Assembly (NCBI GenBank): GCA_041496385.1
Contig: JBGQEL010000090.1
Span: 1-17,371, forward strand
Source of the DNA: Candidatus Methylomirabilia bacterium
Lineage (GTDB): Bacteria; Methylomirabilota; Methylomirabilia; Rokubacteriales; CSP1-6
Direction: 5' to 3'
Length of the DNA: 17,371 bases
Shown here: piece after piece, positions 14,219-17,371 of the stretch
How positions within the stretch are numbered: the stretch's first letter is position 1
How the letters are laid out: each line of letters begins with the position of its first letter
Made by a program: the position numbers and the translations under genes
Notes under the pieces: model-generated
What the model saw: only the letters and a program-made list of their open reading frames with translations
Databases searched by the model: none
Told to the model about the DNA's origin: nothing

Positions 14219-15892
14219 ATGACGGCGTTCTGGTCCCCGACCGAGCTCGCGCCGTATCGCGACTACGATCACCTCATCCGCGACTTCCGCTGGCGGATCC
14301 CCGCGCGCTACAACATCGCCGCCGCCACCGTCGACCGCTGGGCGGGGGAGGCGCCCGCGCGCGTGGCGCTTCTGCATCGAGACGCGGCCGGCCGCCAAAC
14401 GTCCTGGACCTTCGCGGACCTGCAGCAGCAGGCGAACCGGCTCGCGAACGCGCTACGCGCGCTGGGTGTCTCGCGGGGCGACCGCGTTGCGCTCGTCCTG
14501 CCGCAGTGCGTTGAGGTTGGCGTGACCCACCTGGCGCTGTTCAAGCTCGGCGTCATCTCCGTCCCGCTCTCCTTCCTCTACGGCCCAACCACGCTGGAGT
14601 ACATCCTCGGCGACTGCCGTGCGCTGGGCATCGTCATCGCCGCCGACGCAATCGGACGCGTGGAAGAGATCCGCGACCGCCTCCCCCATCTCCGCCACGT
14701 CATCGTTGTCGGCGGGCAGGGGAGCGGCCTCGCCTGGTCCGGCCTGCTCGAGCGCGGCGCCACGGCCTGCCCGACGGCCGACACCGCAGCCGAGGAGCCG
14801 GCGCTGTTGATGTACACCTCGGGCACGACGGGCCCGCCGAAGGGTGTGCTGCACGCCCATCGCGTGCTCGCGGGCTACCTCCTGACGATCGCGCTCGTCT
14901 TCAACATCCGCTTCGACGAGCGGACCGTGTTCTGGACACCGTCCGACTGGGCCTGGGTCGGCGGTCTGCTCGACGTCGTGCTGCCCGCGTGGGCGTTCGG
15001 GCGCCCCGTGCTCGGCTCCAGCGCGCGCTTCGAGGCGGAACGCGCGTTCGCGATGATCGCCGATGTCGGCGTCACGCATTCGTTCCTGGCCCCGACGGCG
15101 CTGAAGATGATGGCCCAGGTGCGGACGCCGCGCGAGCGCTTCCCCACGCGGCTCGAAGTTCTGTGCAGCGGCGGCGAGTCGGTCGCGGCCGAGGTGCTGC
15201 GCTGGGCCGAGGAGGAGCTGGGCACCCCGGTGAACGAGTTCTACGGCCTGACGGAGGTGAATCACCTCGTCGGCAACTGCTCCGTCCTCTGGCCCGTGCG
15301 GCCCGGCTTCATGGGTCGCGTCTATCCGGGCCGCGAGGTGAGACTGGTGGACGAGCAGGGAGTGACGGTCGAGCCCGGCGTCGAGGCCCAGATCGTCGTG
15401 CGCCGCGGCGACCCCACCGGCTTTCTCGGCTACTGGGAGAAGGCGGAAAAGACCGCCGAGATGTTCCTGGGCGGCCGGGACACGCCGGAGGCCTGGATCA
15501 AGACGGGCGACATGGCGACGCGCGACGAGCGGGGGTACTTTCGCTTCGTGGGCCGCAACGACGATCTCATCAAGAGCGGCGGCTACCGGATCGGTCCTTC
15601 GGAAGTCGAGGAGTCGCTGCTCGCGCTCGACGAGGTCGCCGAGGCCGCCGTCATCGCCGCGCCCGACGCCGTCCGCGGGGCGGTGGTCAAGGCGCTCGTC
15701 CGCGTCGCGGCCGGGGTCACTCCGTCTGACGCGCTGAAGGCCCGTATCCAGGACCACGTGAAGCGGCAGCTGGCGGCCTACAAGTACCCGCGGGAAGTCG
15801 AGTTCGTCGACAGCTTTCCGCTCACGACGACGGGCAAGATCGACCGCAAGCTGCTTCGTCGTCGGGAGCAGGAGCGCACGACCGGCCTGTAG
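14219..15892 (+). CDS. AMP-forming acyl-CoA synthetase (medium-chain/acetyl-CoA synthetase-like)
   Basis: YTSGTTGPPKG, WTPSDWAWVGG, EFYGLTE, TGD, GRNDDLIKSGGYRIGPSEVE and PLTTTGKIDR (catalytic Lys). Confidence 0.95.
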   Translation: MTAFWSPTELAPYRDYDHLIRDFRWRIPARYNIAAATVDRWAGEAPARVALLHRDAAGRQTSWTFADLQQQANRLANALRALGVSRGDRVALVLPQCVEVGVTHLALFKLGVISVPLSFLYGPTTLEYILGDCRALGIVIAADAIGRVEEIRDRLPHLRHVIVVGGQGSGLAWSGLLERGATACPTADTAAEEPALLMYTSGTTGPPKGVLHAHRVLAGYLLTIALVFNIRFDERTVFWTPSDWAWVGGLLDVVLPAWAFGRPVLGSSARFEAERAFAMIADVGVTHSFLAPTALKMMAQVRTPRERFPTRLEVLCSGGESVAAEVLRWAEEELGTPVNEFYGLTEVNHLVGNCSVLWPVRPGFMGRVYPGREVRLVDEQGVTVEPGVEAQIVVRRGDPTGFLGYWEKAEKTAEMFLGGRDTPEAWIKTGDMATRDERGYFRFVGRNDDLIKSGGYRIGPSEVEESLLALDEVAEAAVIAAPDAVRGAVVKALVRVAAGVTPSDALKARIQDHVKRQLAAYKYPREVEFVDSFPLTTTGKIDRKLLRRREQERTTGL

Positions 15893-15967
15893 CCTCCGTC
15901 TACCACCCGCGGTGGCCGCGCCGACCGTCGCCCCCTGTCGGTAGGCCGGACGCCGGGGAAGCGCCCC

Positions 15968-15990
15968 AAACAATATATTTGTTGTATATT
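15968..15990 (+). promoter_or_regulatory. AT-rich palindromic operator and -10-like elements upstream of the methyl-transfer genes
   Basis: AACAA-TATAT-TTGTT inverted repeat (15969-15983). TATATT occurs at 15974-15979 and 15985-15990. By eye this is the most AT-rich patch in the window. Confidence 0.55.
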
Positions 15991-15997
15991 CTCGGTG

Positions 15998-16624
15998 ATG
16001 CCAGTCGAGGACTTCGTCCCCGACCCCCCCAAGCTCCGACTGGAGCCTATTCTCAGGTTTCAGCGCTACCGCACCGTCGAGCAGGTCGCTGCGCCCATCC
16101 TCGAGGCTGCCCGGGAGATGATTGCGCTCGCGGAGAAACTGGCCGATCCCCGCTTTGCCTTCGTGGCGCGCCCCATCGCGCGCGTCACGCCCGAGGGCGT
16201 GGAGCTGCGGGGAGGTCCGCGCTTCAGCGGACGCTGCTTCGAGACGCATCTCGCGCGCGCGCGAGAGGCGGTGTGCTTCGTGATGACGCTCGGTCCCGCG
16301 CTCGACGAGCGCATCGCGGAGATGGCCGAGGGGGATGAATTGCTCGAGGCGCTCTTCCTCGACACCGCGGGCTGGCTGGCGATCGAGGACGCCGTCCGGG
16401 CCTTCCGCGCGCATCTCGCGACGCGAGAGCCGGGGCGGGCCTGCCGCCTGAGTCCCCGCCTGGCACCCGGCTACCAGGACTGGCCGCTGACCGAGCAGGC
16501 GCAGCTGTTCTCGGCGTTCGACGGAGCTCCACTTCCGGTTCGCCTCAGCGAGTACTCGGTGATGACGCCCAAGAAATCGCTCTCGGGCCTGTTCGGCGTG
16601 ATTCCGCGCGAGGTAGGAGGCTGA
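15998..16624 (+). CDS. Stand-alone B12-dependent methionine synthase activation (reactivation) domain-like protein
   Basis: FVMTLG, ALFLDTAG..AIE, SPRLAPGYQDWPLTEQ and VRLSEYSVMTPKKSLSG match the Met_synt_B12-type pattern (xT.G, D..G...E, R.SPGY.DW, M.P.KS.S). Start is ATG 15998 or GTG 15995. Confidence 0.8.
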   Translation: MPVEDFVPDPPKLRLEPILRFQRYRTVEQVAAPILEAAREMIALAEKLADPRFAFVARPIARVTPEGVELRGGPRFSGRCFETHLARAREAVCFVMTLGPALDERIAEMAEGDELLEALFLDTAGWLAIEDAVRAFRAHLATREPGRACRLSPRLAPGYQDWPLTEQAQLFSAFDGAPLPVRLSEYSVMTPKKSLSGLFGVIPREVGG

Positions 16625-16625
16625 C

Positions 16626-17371
16626 ATGGAGCGGTGGCACTATCAGAACCTTCTGCGCGAGCGCCTGAGAACGGGCCAGTTCGTCGCCGCCGTCGAGTTC
16701 GTGACGCCCGAGGCGTCGGACGAGCTGGAGGGCGCGATCGCCCCGATCATCGACCTCGCCGAGCACGTCAAGGCGGATCCGCGCTTCCACGCCATCGCGA
16801 TCACGGACCGCGTCAAATCCGACCACGATCACGATCCGGTGCTCGTCGGGGCCCGGGTCGCCGAAGCCTGCGGCAAGATGCCCACGGTGCACCTCTCGGG
16901 AAAGGATCGGGACGCCGCGTGGACCGCGGACGCGCTTGCACGGCTCGAGACCTCGGGTCTCGAGAACATCCTCGTCGTCACGGGTGACAAGCTGAAGGTC
17001 GAGCCCGAGGGACGCCAGGTCCGATACTACGACTCGGTGAACATGGTGGCGCAGGCGCGCGCGGCGGGCGCGTTCCACATCGCGGCCGCCGTGTCGCCGT
17101 TCAAGTATCACGAAGAAGAGCTGATGAACCAGTACCTCAAGATGGCCAAGAAGGAGAACGCCGGAGCCGATTGCGTCATCACCCAGGTCGGCTGGGACAT
17201 GCTGAAGTTCAAGGAGCTGATGACCTACCGCCGCCACCGTGGCTTCACCGCGCCCGTCATGGCCGGCGTCATGCTGCTGACCGTCGCGCGCGCGCGCTAT
17301 ATTCGCAACAACCGGCTCGCCGGCATCACGATCACCGACGCCCTGCAGGCGCGCCTCGAGGAGGAAGCGAA
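16626..17371 (+). CDS. metF: Methylenetetrahydrofolate reductase family protein (3'-truncated by the window, not in the ORF track)
   Basis: ATG 16626 follows AGGAGG and the frame is open to the window end: MERWHYQNLLRERLRTGQFVAAVEFVTP...AITD...VHLSGKDRD...GLENILVVTGD...DSV...KKENAGADCVITQVGWD...PVMAGV. These match the MTHFR motifs E..P, TD, H...D, TGD and K..AGAD..ITQ. Confidence 0.85.
   Translation, partial: MERWHYQNLLRERLRTGQFVAAVEFVTPEASDELEGAIAPIIDLAEHVKADPRFHAIAITDRVKSDHDHDPVLVGARVAEACGKMPTVHLSGKDRDAAWTADALARLETSGLENILVVTGDKLKVEPEGRQVRYYDSVNMVAQARAAGAFHIAAAVSPFKYHEEELMNQYLKMAKKENAGADCVITQVGWDMLKFKELMTYRRHRGFTAPVMAGVMLLTVARARYIRNNRLAGITITDALQARLEEEA

Noticed and set aside
15893..15967. 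Several short stems (CCACC/GGTGG, CCGAC/GTCGG, GGGG/CCCC) upstream of methionine/folate genes, as a possible SAM, THF or cobalamin riboswitch or terminator
   Set aside because: No recognisable riboswitch consensus, stems of only 4-5 bp in GC-rich DNA, and no U-tract directly after a strong stem. An Rfam/Infernal scan would settle it.
15890..15997. The acyl-CoA synthetase TAG is in frame with the downstream reactivation-domain gene, with 34 stop-free codons between (possible readthrough fusion)
   Set aside because: The ligase is already complete at the TAG. The linker has non-coding-like, AT-rich codons and contains a promoter-like element. In-frame coincidence is common in high-GC DNA.
1038..16627. 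Long alternative-frame and antisense ORFs in the track (e.g. 1038..2633 -, 7066..8484 +, 10457..12262 -, 10612..12408 +, 14453..16627 -)
   Set aside because: They are Arg/Pro/Gly/Ala-rich shadow ORFs overlapping well-supported genes, as expected from stop-codon scarcity in high-GC sequence, and carry no family motifs.
1..17371. CRISPR arrays, tRNA/rRNA, IS elements, integrases, selenocysteine recoding in the Mo enzyme
   Set aside because: No regularly spaced repeats, RNA gene signatures or transposase/integrase motifs were seen. The Mo enzyme frame has no internal TGA.

Overview
High-GC bacterial window (roughly 70% GC by eye) that is densely coding. From left to right it holds: (1) the 3' end of an ABC substrate-binding gene interrupted by an in-frame TAG, then two PotB/PotC-like ABC permeases; (2) a sigma70-like promoter and a tightly coupled 8-gene catabolic operon (acyl-CoA dehydrogenase, crotonase, BbsE/BbsF-like class III CoA-transferase pair, DUF547 protein, degenerate SCP2-type thiolase-fold protein, DUF35 Zn-ribbon/OB-fold protein, and a signal-less PsrA/PhsA-like molybdopterin enzyme); (3) a convergent dctPQM TRAP transporter on the minus strand, transcribed divergently from an acyl-CoA synthetase; (4) a stand-alone methionine-synthase reactivation-domain protein and a MetF-like gene that runs off the end. 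The most notable feature is the operon. It resembles a bbs-type modified beta-oxidation module but has no hydroxyacyl-CoA dehydrogenase, its 'thiolase' lacks the canonical catalytic residues, and it adds DUF547 and a molybdoenzyme, which suggests an uncharacterised, possibly retro-aldol, pathway. No rRNA, tRNA, CRISPR array or mobile element was recognised. All family calls come from motif recognition by eye, not database searches.
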